17,793 nucleotides of DNA, taken from a bacterium. Its GTDB lineage: Bacteria > Arandabacterota > Arandabacteria > Arandabacterales > JALGWA01. Below are positions 1-9,487 of this stretch, in pieces. The position numbers and the translations under genes were made by a program. Under the pieces are notes generated by a model, which saw only the letters and a program-made list of their open reading frames with translations, did not search any database and had not been told where the DNA came from. Numbering within the stretch: the stretch's first letter is position 1; every line of letters starts with the position of its first letter. The stretch is taken from positions 1 through 17,793 of the forward strand of contig JASFEA010000067.1 of the NCBI GenBank assembly GCA_050125095.1, written 5' to 3'.

Positions 1-1
1 G

Positions 2-979
2 CTCTGCACCGCCAGCGGCAAGGATGACGTTGAGATAGAGAAGAGCAATATTCTCCTCATCGGCCCCACGGGCATAGGCAAGACCCTGCTCGCGGAAACG
101 CTCGCCAGGTTCCTCAGGGTTCCTTTCGCGATAGTGGACGCCACGACTTTCACTGAGGCGGGCTACGTGGGTGAGGATGTCGAGAACATCCTCTCCAGGC
201 TCCTCCAGAGCGCCGACTATAATCTCTCGGCGGCGGAGAAGGGCATAGTCTATATAGACGAAGTCGACAAGATCGCTCGCAAGTCCGACAGCCCTTCGAT
301 AACAAGGGACGTGTCGGGAGAAGGCGTGCAGCAGGCGCTTCTCAAGATACTCGAAGGCACAATAGCCAACGTCCCTCCCCAGGGCGGGCGCAAGCATCCG
401 CAGCAACGCTTCATAGAGGTCAATACGAAGGACATACTCTTCATATGCGGCGGCTCGTTCGACTCCATAGACAGGATCATCGAGTCGCGCCTCAAGAGCA
501 GCACAATGGGCTTCGGCGCCCAGGTCACTGCCAAGAAAGACCGCAAGATCAGGGACATATTGCCGCTTGTCACGCCCGATGACATGCTTTCCTACGGCAT
601 GATACCCGAGCTTGTAGGAAGGCTTCCGGTAATCTGCACGCTGGACGACCTCGACCAGGACGACCTTACCACCATTCTCACGAAGCCCAAGAACGCCCTG
701 TGCAGGCAGTACGAGAGGATATTCGAGATCGAGGGCATCAAGCTCGACTTCGAGGACGATGCGCTCTGCACCGTGGCCACCGAGGCCATGAAGCGCAATA
801 CGGGAGCCAGGGGACTCCGCTCGGTGCTCGAAGAGAAGATGCTGGACCTCATGTTCGATCTCCCGTCAAGGAAAGACATCAAGGAATGCGTCATAACAAA
901 GGACTTCGTGCTCGGCAAGTCGGAGCCCGTTCTCAAGGAGAAGCGGCCGAAGAGGCGCAAACAGAAAGCCACCTCATAG
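2..979 (+). CDS. clpX: ATP-dependent Clp protease ATP-binding subunit ClpX (5' part outside window)
   Basis: Frame is open from position 2: [18 protein letters not shown] (Walker A), [17 protein letters not shown] (pore loop), [10 protein letters not shown] (Walker B), [18 protein letters not shown] loop, MGF (IGF-loop equivalent), TGARGLRS. Confidence 0.98.
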   Translation, partial: LCTASGKDDVEIEKSNILLIGPTGIGKTLLAETLARFLRVPFAIVDATTFTEAGYVGEDVENILSRLLQSADYNLSAAEKGIVYIDEVDKIARKSDSPSITRDVSGEGVQQALLKILEGTIANVPPQGGRKHPQQRFIEVNTKDILFICGGSFDSIDRIIESRLKSSTMGFGAQVTAKKDRKIRDILPLVTPDDMLSYGMIPELVGRLPVICTLDDLDQDDLTTILTKPKNALCRQYERIFEIEGIKLDFEDDALCTVATEAMKRNTGARGLRSVLEEKMLDLMFDLPSRKDIKECVITKDFVLGKSEPVLKEKRPKRRKQKATS

Positions 980-1010
980 CCGCTTCAAGAGCCCGCGGGT
1001 CTGTCAAACC

Positions 1011-1583
1011 ATGGAAGTAGAATTCCTGGGCAGTTTCACGCGCTCCAATCTCCCGGCGGAGAAGCGTCCGGAGCTATGCGTAATCGGAAGGTCCAATGTC
1101 GGCAAATCCTCCTTCATAAACACCATGGTCGGTCGGAAGAACATCGCCAAGACCAGCTCGACCCCCGGAAAGACCCGCACCATCAACATGTTTCTCCTGG
1201 AAGGAAGGTTCGTGCTGGTGGACCTCCCCGGTTTCGGTTATGCCAGCGCGCCGAAGGCGGAGCGGAAGCGCTGGACGGAGGACATTGAGAACTATATAAG
1301 GGTGCGGTCAACCCTGAAGGCCGTGATACTGCTGGTGGACATGCGCCATTTCCCCGTCGCCATTGACCTCGACGCCATCGAGTGGCTGGAGGCCCTGGGG
1401 AAGCCCTTCCTCATAGTGCTCACCAAGGCGGATAAGCTAAAGAGGGGTGAACTCGCCAGGCGCGAGGCCGATATATATGGATTAGTGGGCGGGAAGGCAG
1501 TAGAATCCATCCGGTTCTCTGCGAAGACTGGCCTTGGAAAGAAGGAAGTCTGGAATTGGATCAAGAAAAGCCTGAACGCCTGA
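1011..1583 (+). CDS. engB: Ribosome biogenesis GTP-binding protein YihA/YsxC (EngB)
   Basis: G1 GRSNVGKSS, G2 SSTPGKTR, G3 DLPGFG, G4 TKADK, FSAK; position downstream of clpX is typical for this family. Confidence 0.96.
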   Translation: MEVEFLGSFTRSNLPAEKRPELCVIGRSNVGKSSFINTMVGRKNIAKTSSTPGKTRTINMFLLEGRFVLVDLPGFGYASAPKAERKRWTEDIENYIRVRSTLKAVILLVDMRHFPVAIDLDAIEWLEALGKPFLIVLTKADKLKRGELARREADIYGLVGGKAVESIRFSAKTGLGKKEVWNWIKKSLNA

Positions 1584-2743
1584 AGTTGTTTTCCCCAGGT
1601 CCCGTCAACTCGCCCCGGTTCGTGCTTGAGGCGCTCGAGCAGCCCCTCATTCACCACCGGTCGCCGGCTTTCTGCGCGGTCTATGATGACGTGACCGGCA
1701 AGGTGAGATCCCTGCTGGGGACCGCAGCGCCCGCCACCGTGCTGGCATCCTCGGCCACCGGGGCCATGGACGCGGTTGTGTCCAGCCTCTTTGCGGAAGG
1801 CGAAGAAGTCCTGGTGCCGGTGATGGGCAAGTTCAGCGCGAGGTGGGTGGATATTTGCCGCGCCTACGGGATAAAGACGCGCGTGATGGAGATCCCGCTC
1901 GGCCGCTCTCCTACGCCTGAGGACATTCGGTGGGACCTGGTCCAGCACGAAGGCATAGCCGGTGTTCTGCTCACCCATTGCGAGACGTCCACGGGCAGCC
2001 TGACCGATCTGGCCGGCATCTCCAAGGCCCTTCAGGGACTGGAGAAACCCGGTAGGGTCATCCTCAAAATCGCGGACTGCGTTTCGAGCTTCTGCGTGGA
2101 TGAAATCAAGATGGACGACTGGGGGCTTGACTGCGTGATAGCCGCTTCCCAGAAGGGGCTGCTGTCGCCCGCGGGGCTTTCAATCGTCGCCGTCGGCGGC
2201 AGGGCGGCCACGGCCATGGAGCGCGTGCCGCCGCGCAATTTCTATCTCAATCTCAGGAAGTATTTCGCCAGGACATTCAGGAGCTCTACTCCGTTTACAC
2301 CGCCGCTCGCGCTTTTGTATGCTGTTGGGGCCGCGGTCGACAGGATAATCGAGCTGGGTATCGAGGACGTGCTGGACTGGCAGCGGCGCGCGGCGCAGGC
2401 CGTGGTGGCCGCCTGCAAGGCCGCCGGCTTCTCGACGCTGGCGGAGATCCAGTCGGGTGCGGTCGTAGCCTTCGACGTGGGGAGCCGGGACGCGGAGGCG
2501 CTGTGCGGAGTAATGGAGGAGGTGCACGGCATTTACCTCGCGCGGGGGCAGGGTAATCTGCACGGCAAGGTGCTGCGCGTGTCTCCGATCGGGAAGACTC
2601 GCGCCGAACTCGTCGAATTCACGGTTGCCCTCCTGGAGACGGTTTCGGGGACGCCGAGGACGAATGAGATATTCGGCGTTCAGGTCTCCAAGGTAGTCAA
2701 GGAAGTGGAAGATTTACTCAAAGGACGGGATATTTGGGCGTAA
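1556..2743 (+). CDS. PLP-dependent class V aminotransferase (serine-pyruvate/alanine-glyoxylate or archaeal-type phosphoserine aminotransferase family)
   Basis: LFSPGPV N-terminus, HHRSPAF, THCETSTG, ADCVSS, AASQKGL (PLP lysine), TPFTPP. TTG start at 1556 with AAGGA upstream; an in-frame TTG at 1586 is an alternative start. Confidence 0.9.
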   Translation: MDQEKPERLKLFSPGPVNSPRFVLEALEQPLIHHRSPAFCAVYDDVTGKVRSLLGTAAPATVLASSATGAMDAVVSSLFAEGEEVLVPVMGKFSARWVDICRAYGIKTRVMEIPLGRSPTPEDIRWDLVQHEGIAGVLLTHCETSTGSLTDLAGISKALQGLEKPGRVILKIADCVSSFCVDEIKMDDWGLDCVIAASQKGLLSPAGLSIVAVGGRAATAMERVPPRNFYLNLRKYFARTFRSSTPFTPPLALLYAVGAAVDRIIELGIEDVLDWQRRAAQAVVAACKAAGFSTLAEIQSGAVVAFDVGSRDAEALCGVMEEVHGIYLARGQGNLHGKVLRVSPIGKTRAELVEFTVALLETVSGTPRTNEIFGVQVSKVVKEVEDLLKGRDIWA

Positions 2744-3996
2744 CATGCGTGATCGGGCTGCAGTGGGGGGATGAGGGCAAAGGCAAGGTGGTGGACGGCC
2801 TGTGCTGCGAGGCCGACATAGCCGTCCGTTGCCAGGGAGGGGCCAACGCCGGTCATACCGTGGTTGTAGGAGACCGGACTTCGGTCCTCCATCTCATTCC
2901 CAGCGGCATTCTAAGGGAAGACGTGCGTTGCATGATAGGCAACGGGGTGGTCCTGGATCTCGACCTTCTGGCGGATGAGATAGAGAGTCTTGAGGATACG
3001 GGACTCCGCGTCGCCGGCAGGCTCATGCTCTCCAACCGGGCCCATGTCGTTCTCCCCATACACCGGCGCATAGAGGCCGCAACCGAGGAGATCCTGGGAG
3101 ATGACAGAATCGGAACCACCATGCGCGGCATCGGGCCGGCGTACCGGGACAAGTACGGCCGATTCGGCATACGCGTGGGAGACATACTCTCGACCGACAG
3201 GCTTGCTTCCAGGCTGGCATTGCTGGCGCGCGTGAATCCCATTGCGGGAAACGCCCCCGAACTTGTCGATGAGATGATTGACTATTGCTCACGGCGCCTT
3301 GACCTCGTGCGGGAGATCGCCGGCGACGTGGAGGTTCAACTCGCGGCAAGTATAGCGCGGGATGAGCGGATCATGCTGGAGGGGTCCCAGGGATTCCTTC
3401 TCGACGTCGACTTTGGCACATATCCCTATGTCACGTCCTCCAACACGGGCGTGCACGGCCTCGTCGCGGGAGCGGGCATTCCGGTTTCGAGCGTCGACAG
3501 GGTGGTCGGGGTGGTCAAGGCCTATATGACCAGGGTCGGGAGCGGCCCGTTTCCCACGGAGATGGAAGAGCCCCATCAGAGCCTGGCGCGGGACGCGGGC
3601 AAGGAGTACGGCGCGACCACGGGCAGGCCGCGGAGATGCGGGTGGATGGACCTGGTGGCCCTCCGGTACGCGTCATCGCTCAATGGAGTCACGTCAATTG
3701 CCGTTACCAAGCTCGATACGCTCTCCCGCCTGGACAGGATAAGGGTCTGCCGGGAGTATGAGTGCGCCGGAAGCCGGGTCGACGCCTTCCCGGCGCGCCA
3801 TGAGGTCCTCGAGAAATGCGTTCCTGTTTACAGCGCGATGGAGCCGCTTGGGAACCTGGAGGGCGTCGGCCGCCTGGCCGACCTGCCTCAGGCGGCGACC
3901 TCGTACGTCGACATGCTTCTCAAGGCCTCTGGCGCCGACCTGGAGCTGGTCTCCGTAGGCCCCAGCCGCGATGCCGTGCTTTCAGCCCGGCATTGA
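2734..3996 (+). CDS. purA: Adenylosuccinate synthetase
   Basis: GLQWGDEGKGK, QGGANAGHT, IGTTMRGIGPAY, DFGTYPYVTSS, KAYMTRVGSGPFPTE, EYGATTGRPRRCGW, TKLD; TTG start overlapping the upstream stop. Confidence 0.98.
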   Translation: MGVTCVIGLQWGDEGKGKVVDGLCCEADIAVRCQGGANAGHTVVVGDRTSVLHLIPSGILREDVRCMIGNGVVLDLDLLADEIESLEDTGLRVAGRLMLSNRAHVVLPIHRRIEAATEEILGDDRIGTTMRGIGPAYRDKYGRFGIRVGDILSTDRLASRLALLARVNPIAGNAPELVDEMIDYCSRRLDLVREIAGDVEVQLAASIARDERIMLEGSQGFLLDVDFGTYPYVTSSNTGVHGLVAGAGIPVSSVDRVVGVVKAYMTRVGSGPFPTEMEEPHQSLARDAGKEYGATTGRPRRCGWMDLVALRYASSLNGVTSIAVTKLDTLSRLDRIRVCREYECAGSRVDAFPARHEVLEKCVPVYSAMEPLGNLEGVGRLADLPQAATSYVDMLLKASGADLELVSVGPSRDAVLSARH

Positions 3997-4021
3997 CTTG
4001 ATAGCCCCATTGCTATAAATT
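3993..4021 (+). promoter_or_regulatory. sigma70-type promoter for the tRNA
   Basis: TTGACT (3993-3998, overlapping the purA TGA), 17-nt spacer, TAAATT (4016-4021), 10 nt before the tRNA; TGcTATAAA also present. Confidence 0.7.
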
Positions 4022-4031
4022 GTGCACGGTC

Positions 4032-4107
4032 GGGCGTGTAGCTCAGTCGGTAGAGCACCTGCCTTTTAAGCAGGAAGTCCTGGGTTCGATCCCCAGCACG
4101 CTCACCA
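4032..4107 (+). tRNA. tRNA-Lys (anticodon UUU)
   Basis: 76-nt cloverleaf: acceptor GGGCGTG/CACGCTC, D arm GCTC..GAGC, anticodon arm CCTGC-CT TTT AA-GCAGG, T arm CTGGG-TTCGATC-CCCAG, encoded CCA. Confidence 0.98.
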
Positions 4108-4137
4108 CCTATTCCCTTCCCCTGCATTTCCACTGAA

Positions 4138-4205
4138 TGTGCATTTCAAGACCTGACCCCTGGCTGATGACCCCTGGTGGTTGTGCATTTCAAGACCTGA
4201 CCCCT
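4138..4205 (+). repeat. Two perfect 24-bp direct repeats TGTGCATTTCAAGACCTGACCCCT (REP/STIR-like)
   Basis: Copies at 4138-4161 and 4182-4205 (period 44); the spacer holds a further TGACCCCTGG, and a partial TGCATTTC lies at 4123-4130. Confidence 0.9.
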
Positions 4206-4234
4206 TGCGGTAATGCCCCAGGCTGGAATATGAT
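4205..4234 (+). promoter_or_regulatory. Possible sigma70 promoter of the kinase-activator gene
   Basis: TTGCGG (4205-4210), 18 nt, TATGAT (4229-4234); RBS GGGAGG at 4245-4250 before GTG at 4256. Confidence 0.45.
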
Positions 4235-4255
4235 GTAACCAACCGGGAGGTAGTC

Positions 4256-7200
4256 GTGCGTTATACGATTGGCGACCTTATCGGCACCGGCAGCTTCGGC
4301 CGGGTTCATGAGGCGCATGACGCAGCCGGGCGGAAATACGCGGCCAAGGTCGTTGACGCCGGCGACGAAGTCGGCCTTTGCCTTTTGAGGGCTCAGTACC
4401 GACTTCTTTCGGCGGCAGACCACCCGCGCGTCGTCACCGTCTACGACCTGGTTGAGGACGGCGACGGTGCCCCGCACCTGGTAATGGAGTACCTTGACGG
4501 CCTGTCGCTTGTCGACCACGTAAGAAAAGCCGGCCTCGAGAGTCTTCCCGGCCTGGCGATCCGGATACTTGATGGCCTGAGGCATATCCACAGTCTCGGT
4601 GGGATGCATGGCGACCTGAAGCCCGACAACATAGTTGTCTGCGGCGGTGAAAACGGTCATGACGTGAAGCTTGTCGATGTCGGTTTCGACAATGCCGCCG
4701 GCGAGAAACTTCCCAGGATACAGGGGACGCTTCCCTACCTGGCCCCCGAGGTAATCCGGTCCGATCCCGCAGACGGCAGGAGCGATCTGTACTCGCTCGG
4801 GGTCGTGCTTTATGAGGCCTTGACCGGAGCATGCCCCTTTGGGGGAAATTCTCCGAGAGAGATAATGAACAGGCACCTCGAGTTCACGCCCCCGCCGCCG
4901 GGTGTCGTCAGCGGCGACGTAGACAGCGCCTGGGACGATCTCGTAATGAGGCTTCTCAGCAAAGAGCCGACGCAGAGGTTTCCCGACGCAACAGCCGCGG
5001 CATTCGAAATAGGGCGGGCCTTCGGGGATATCGACCTGGTGGCAGGCAATCTGGCGCCGCCGCGGACTCTTGCGCATCTCTGGGACATGAATGGCGGGCT
5101 CGTGGAAGAAGCCATTCTGAGCAAACCCGGCAGGGCCGTAATGGTAGGCGGCGGCCGCCATGCGGGCGTTGCCAGTGTGCTCCGCAATGTCGGCGCGCGC
5201 TTGAAATCGCGGGGGGCCGGAGTCATATCAGTAACGCTTGGGGACAGCGATCCCCTGTCCGCCCAGGTTGTCCGATCGCTGGCCGGGCATGGCGCCGGGC
5301 GGCGCCATGCTCGAGGCGACCTGCCGACGCGCGTTTCGAATCCGGAGCTTTTCTCTCTCGACTCGCTGCTCGCGGACTACGACCTCAGCCTTGGCCGGAG
5401 GCATGCCATCATTATCCGGGCCGCGTCAGAAATCGACGGCGCCGGCCTCAGAGCCATGTCCGAGCTCGCCGCGGCCAGCAGCGATTTAGTCACCGTGGTC
5501 ATCGGCCTCGAATCGGAAAGAGGCGTGGCAGACGGACCGGTGGCTGAGGCCGGGGTGGAGTTCGTCCCCATGGCGACCCTGATGAGCGAGGGAATAGCCG
5601 ACATACTCCGACGTCAATTCGGCGTCACATCCGTCCCGGCCGAACTGCTGGAGGCGCTTGTAGGGAACACGCGCGGGAGCGCCTTGCTTCTCGAGGAAAC
5701 GCTTGCTGACCTGTGGCGTAGCGGAGATCTCGGCTATAAGATCAGCAATGACGTTCTGGAATTGGAGTGGACCAGCAGGGCAGCTCTACCCGATAGTCTC
5801 AAGCAGGTTATTGAGAATAAGGTAGGCGAACTTGACGAAAATGCAGTCCGGGTGGCCGGCCTTCTCGCTCTGGCCGGAGGCAGTCTTGAGCGCAGTATAA
5901 TCGCGGAGGCCGGCGACCACCATGGCTGGGAGCCCTACATATCCGAGCTCGTCGAGAGGGACCTTGTCGATGATGCGGGCGCCGGAATGCTGCGTTTCAA
6001 TCATGCCGTGACGCGCGGCGTTATACTCGAGCGCCTGTCACCCCAATGGGCAAAGGAGACGGCCGTCCGGCTCGCCGGGGAAATCGAGAAGGCCGGCATC
6101 GGCCCCGCCGATTCCTACAGGATCGGCTCTCTCTATCAGACTGGCGGCAGACCCGCCGACGCCCTTCCCCATCTGCTGAGGGCGGGAGACTACTTCGCCC
6201 GTTTCTCAGTTATGGACGCGACTCTGGCCTACGGTCGAGCGCTGGACTGCGCAGCGGCAGGCAAAGAGCGAGCCGAAATCGAGGAGAAGCTGGGCGACCT
6301 CAAACTCGTCGAAAGTGACTTTGATTCGGCGCGGGACCATTACGAGCGGGCGTCCGGTTACAGGCCGGAGGCCGCGAGGAAACGCGCCTGGGTCGCAGCC
6401 CTGGACGGCAAGTACGAAGAGGCCGAGGAGATGCTGAAAGGGTGTGAGCGGGCCGCGGAGAAGAGGGGGGACGAGATCGAACTGGCCAGGGTGCGCGTGG
6501 ACCTGGCCTACGTTTACGCCGCCCGGGGCAAGATAGAGGAGTCGCTCGGGGTGGTGAGCGGGGCACGCAGATTCTTCGAAGAGAGGCAGATGGCCTCCGA
6601 GGCCGGTCTGGCTGCTTACCGGGAGGGCATCACTCGCATGCGGGCGGGAAAATACGGCGCAGCCACATCCGCCTGGCAGGCGGCTGTATCCCACTTCGAA
6701 GCGGCGGGCGACCGCCGTATGGCCGCGCAGAGCCTGCAGGCCATCGGTTACGCCGGCAGAAAGCAGATGGATTACCAGAGGGCGAAGCAAAACCTCAAGC
6801 GGTCCCTTGAGATTTACAGCGATCTCAAGGGGCTTTCAACCATGGCGTCGGCTTCCAACACCTATTCTCTCGTGCTGCTCGAAATGGGCGACCTGGTGGG
6901 TTCAAGGGAGTTCGCCCGCGAAGCTCTGGAGTTCAACATGATGGCCGGCCTCAAGCGCGGCGTTGTGCTGGCCCGGATGTTGGCCGCCTTGATAGAGCTC
7001 GAGGCCGGTAATTGGCGGATCGCCGAAAATGCCCTGTCGGAGGCTCAGGGAGGCATTCCGCCGGAGGATCTCTACCTGAAGGCCCAGCTGCAGCGCTATC
7101 TCGCGATGGCAAAGATAATCTCAGGTGACAGGGACGGCGCATTGGCCCTGATAAAAGAGAGTCATTCGTCGGCGCGCCTCGCCGGTGACGAGGAAGGCAA

Positions 7201-9220
7201 GTATCAGGCCCTGCTTGAAAAGGCAGTGGCCCTTCTCAGGTTCGGCGATGCCGGTGAGGCGGCTGAGGCAGCAAGAGAGGCACTCGTTGGGTTCAGCACC
7301 GAGACGTCTCTGCTGCTCACCGCGAGGGCGCAGGCTCTCCTCGGGGAGGCGTTATGCGCGGACGGCAAGGTGGACGAAGGTTTTGAGAAACTCGAGGCGG
7401 CGCGGGCCAACCTGCTCCCGGTGAGCAGGTCGCAGCACATGGGAAGAGTGTTCAAGGCCCTGGCGCGGGCATCCTATCTGCGCCGGGATCACGCGACTTT
7501 TTCCAAGTATCTGGATGAAGCACTTGAGATATTAAGGGCGGCAGGGGCGCGGTACGATTTCGCCGACGCCCTGTATCTCGGCGGCATGGAGGCGATGCAG
7601 AGGGGCGGTTTCCTGAGGGCCCGTCACTACTTCGCCGAGGCCGCGCGTATTTTCGAGAGCCTTGAAATCGATGACCTCCGCGAAAAGGTGGTGAGAGCTA
7701 TGGAGGCGGTACCGAGCGGCGAGATTGAGGTGAAGGCGGTTCATTCCCTTAGCCGGATATCACAGGCCCTGATATCGAAGCAGGACCTGGACAGCGTGCT
7801 TAATGTCGCCATGGATCTGGCCATGGACTACCTGGGCGCGGACCGGGGAGTCCTTATGCTGGCAACGGGTTCAGACGGCGACATGGTAACGGTTGCCGAG
7901 AGAAAGATGGACGAGGAGTCTCTGCGCGAGGTAGCGGACATAAGCAAGTCCATTGTCGAATCAGTTCGTTCCACGGGTGAGCCGGTAATAGCCACCGACC
8001 TCATGGACGACCCGCGTTTCAAGGACAGCCAGAGCATTCGTACGCATAACATAATGTCGGTGATGTGCCTGCCGCTCATGCGCGACAGGCGTCTGCTCGG
8101 GCTCTTATACCTCGACACAAGAGGCATACCCACCAAGTTCTCGGACCTTGAAAAGGCCTTCGTAGAAGCTTTCGCCAATCAGGTCTCGCTGGCGACGGAG
8201 AACGCGCGCACTCTCGGCGATCTGCGCATCAGCATCGACAATATGAAGGCGCGCGCGGGTGAGAGGTATCGCTACAGCAATATAATCGGGCCGGGACGCG
8301 CCATGCAGGAGGTATTCAGACAGGTCGAGAAGGCCGCGCCCAGCGATACCAACATCCTGCTCAGGGGAGAGAATGGCACGGGCAAGGACCTCATCGCAGG
8401 CCTGATACACGAACTCAGCCCCCGCAAGGATGGGCCGTTCATCGAAGTCAACTGCCCTGCCATAGCCAAGGACCTCGTGGAGAGCGAGCTCTTTGGAATC
8501 GAGAAGAGCGTCGCGACGGGAGTTGCCCCGCGATCGGGCTTTTTCGAGCGTGCCAACGGGGGAACCATATTCCTGAACGAGATCGGCGACGTTCCGCTCG
8601 CCACGCAGGTCAGGATACTCAGCGTTATCGATAAGAAGGAATTCGAGCGCGTGGGCGGGACCAGGGTAATCAAGGCCGACGTGCGTGTAATCACGGCGAC
8701 CAATCGCGACCTCAAGCACCTAATCACAAAGGGCGCTTTCAGGGAGGACCTCTATTACCGTATAAACCATATTCAGATAGGACTTCCTCCCCTGAGAGAG
8801 AGGATGGAGGACCTGGACGATCTCATAGCACACTTCATAAAGGACTTCGCCGCAAAGAACTCCAAGTCGCTGAAGCGCGTGTCGGAGGAGGCCCACAACG
8901 TACTCCGGGCCTATTCCTGGCCCGGCAATGTACGCGAGCTCGAGCGTTGTATCGAGCGGGCCGTTGTTTTTTCCGACGGTAATGAGATCCTCATAACCGA
9001 TCTTCCGGAAGAGGTGATAAAGGGGGCCAGGACGGGTCAACGCAGTGTGAAGGGGAGTACGCTTCCCGAGATTGTCGCCGATATCGAGAAAAGCGTTATC
9101 ACCGAGGAGCTGGGAAGGACGAACTGGAACAAATCCAGGGCGGCCCGAAATCTGGGCATTCACGAGGCCACCTTGCGCAAGAAAATCAAGATCCACGGCA
9201 TAGCAAAATCCCCCAACTAG
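4256..9220 (+). CDS. Multidomain sigma54-dependent transcriptional regulator: Ser/Thr kinase, degenerate STAND-like NTPase, TPR repeats, GAF, AAA+ sigma54-interaction domain, Fis-type HTH
   Basis: Kinase: IGTGSFGRV, YAAK, HGDLKPDN, DVG, GTLPYLAPE, DLYSLGVVLYE. Ala-rich helical TPR region about 6100-7670. GAF: ISKSIV...DDPRF..SQSI...SVMCLPL...LGLLYLD. AAA+: LLRGENGTGKD, VNCPAI, ESELFG, FREDLYYR, WPGNVREL. HTH: WNKSRAARNLGIHEATLRKKIK. Confidence 0.92.
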   Translation: MRYTIGDLIGTGSFGRVHEAHDAAGRKYAAKVVDAGDEVGLCLLRAQYRLLSAADHPRVVTVYDLVEDGDGAPHLVMEYLDGLSLVDHVRKAGLESLPGLAIRILDGLRHIHSLGGMHGDLKPDNIVVCGGENGHDVKLVDVGFDNAAGEKLPRIQGTLPYLAPEVIRSDPADGRSDLYSLGVVLYEALTGACPFGGNSPREIMNRHLEFTPPPPGVVSGDVDSAWDDLVMRLLSKEPTQRFPDATAAAFEIGRAFGDIDLVAGNLAPPRTLAHLWDMNGGLVEEAILSKPGRAVMVGGGRHAGVASVLRNVGARLKSRGAGVISVTLGDSDPLSAQVVRSLAGHGAGRRHARGDLPTRVSNPELFSLDSLLADYDLSLGRRHAIIIRAASEIDGAGLRAMSELAAASSDLVTVVIGLESERGVADGPVAEAGVEFVPMATLMSEGIADILRRQFGVTSVPAELLEALVGNTRGSALLLEETLADLWRSGDLGYKISNDVLELEWTSRAALPDSLKQVIENKVGELDENAVRVAGLLALAGGSLERSIIAEAGDHHGWEPYISELVERDLVDDAGAGMLRFNHAVTRGVILERLSPQWAKETAVRLAGEIEKAGIGPADSYRIGSLYQTGGRPADALPHLLRAGDYFARFSVMDATLAYGRALDCAAAGKERAEIEEKLGDLKLVESDFDSARDHYERASGYRPEAARKRAWVAALDGKYEEAEEMLKGCERAAEKRGDEIELARVRVDLAYVYAARGKIEESLGVVSGARRFFEERQMASEAGLAAYREGITRMRAGKYGAATSAWQAAVSHFEAAGDRRMAAQSLQAIGYAGRKQMDYQRAKQNLKRSLEIYSDLKGLSTMASASNTYSLVLLEMGDLVGSREFAREALEFNMMAGLKRGVVLARMLAALIELEAGNWRIAENALSEAQGGIPPEDLYLKAQLQRYLAMAKIISGDRDGALALIKESHSSARLAGDEEGKYQALLEKAVALLRFGDAGEAAEAAREALVGFSTETSLLLTARAQALLGEALCADGKVDEGFEKLEAARANLLPVSRSQHMGRVFKALARASYLRRDHATFSKYLDEALEILRAAGARYDFADALYLGGMEAMQRGGFLRARHYFAEAARIFESLEIDDLREKVVRAMEAVPSGEIEVKAVHSLSRISQALISKQDLDSVLNVAMDLAMDYLGADRGVLMLATGSDGDMVTVAERKMDEESLREVADISKSIVESVRSTGEPVIATDLMDDPRFKDSQSIRTHNIMSVMCLPLMRDRRLLGLLYLDTRGIPTKFSDLEKAFVEAFANQVSLATENARTLGDLRISIDNMKARAGERYRYSNIIGPGRAMQEVFRQVEKAAPSDTNILLRGENGTGKDLIAGLIHELSPRKDGPFIEVNCPAIAKDLVESELFGIEKSVATGVAPRSGFFERANGGTIFLNEIGDVPLATQVRILSVIDKKEFERVGGTRVIKADVRVITATNRDLKHLITKGAFREDLYYRINHIQIGLPPLRERMEDLDDLIAHFIKDFAAKNSKSLKRVSEEAHNVLRAYSWPGNVRELERCIERAVVFSDGNEILITDLPEEVIKGARTGQRSVKGSTLPEIVADIEKSVITEELGRTNWNKSRAARNLGIHEATLRKKIKIHGIAKSPN

Positions 9221-9234
9221 TGGGTGATAACCCT

Positions 9235-9433
9235 CCGTACGATCATACGAGTCGTATAATCGTACGAATCTAATCTCATGGCAGAGGACTCATGCCCTCT
9301 TAAGCCAATGCCTGTATTAATCTTTTAAATTTCAATATATTACCTCTCCTAAACATGCTTCAATCGCTTCAGCACACCCGCTTTTGAGGTCGGATCGCCT
9401 TTTCAGGTTACGAATTCTCGTATTTCTGTACGA
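9235..9433. promoter_or_regulatory. Palindromic upstream activator sites (T/C)CGTA-N6-TACGA, three copies
   Basis: CCGTAcgatcaTACGA 9235-9250, TCGTAtaatcgTACGA 9252-9267, TCGTAtttctgTACGA 9418-9433, plus a TACGA half site at 9409. The first two form a 15-bp inverted repeat with one mismatch. Confidence 0.75.
9330..9342 (+). promoter_or_regulatory. IHF-like binding site (distal)
   Basis: TTTCAATATATTA, one mismatch to WATCAANNNNTTR, preceded by an A/T tract; lies between the two UAS clusters. Confidence 0.5.
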
Positions 9434-9487
9434 ATCCGACCGAATCCGCGCATACGGCCTGCTCCTATCCCATTTTATTTGCTTAAA

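Noticed and set aside
4138-4205. Mini CRISPR array
   Set aside because: Only two repeats, a 20-nt spacer that is itself repeat-derived, no leader and no cas genes in the window.
4190-5161. 323-aa minus-strand ORF and other shadows over the kinase-activator gene
   Set aside because: They overlap a clearly conserved kinase domain on the opposite strand; typical high-GC artefacts.
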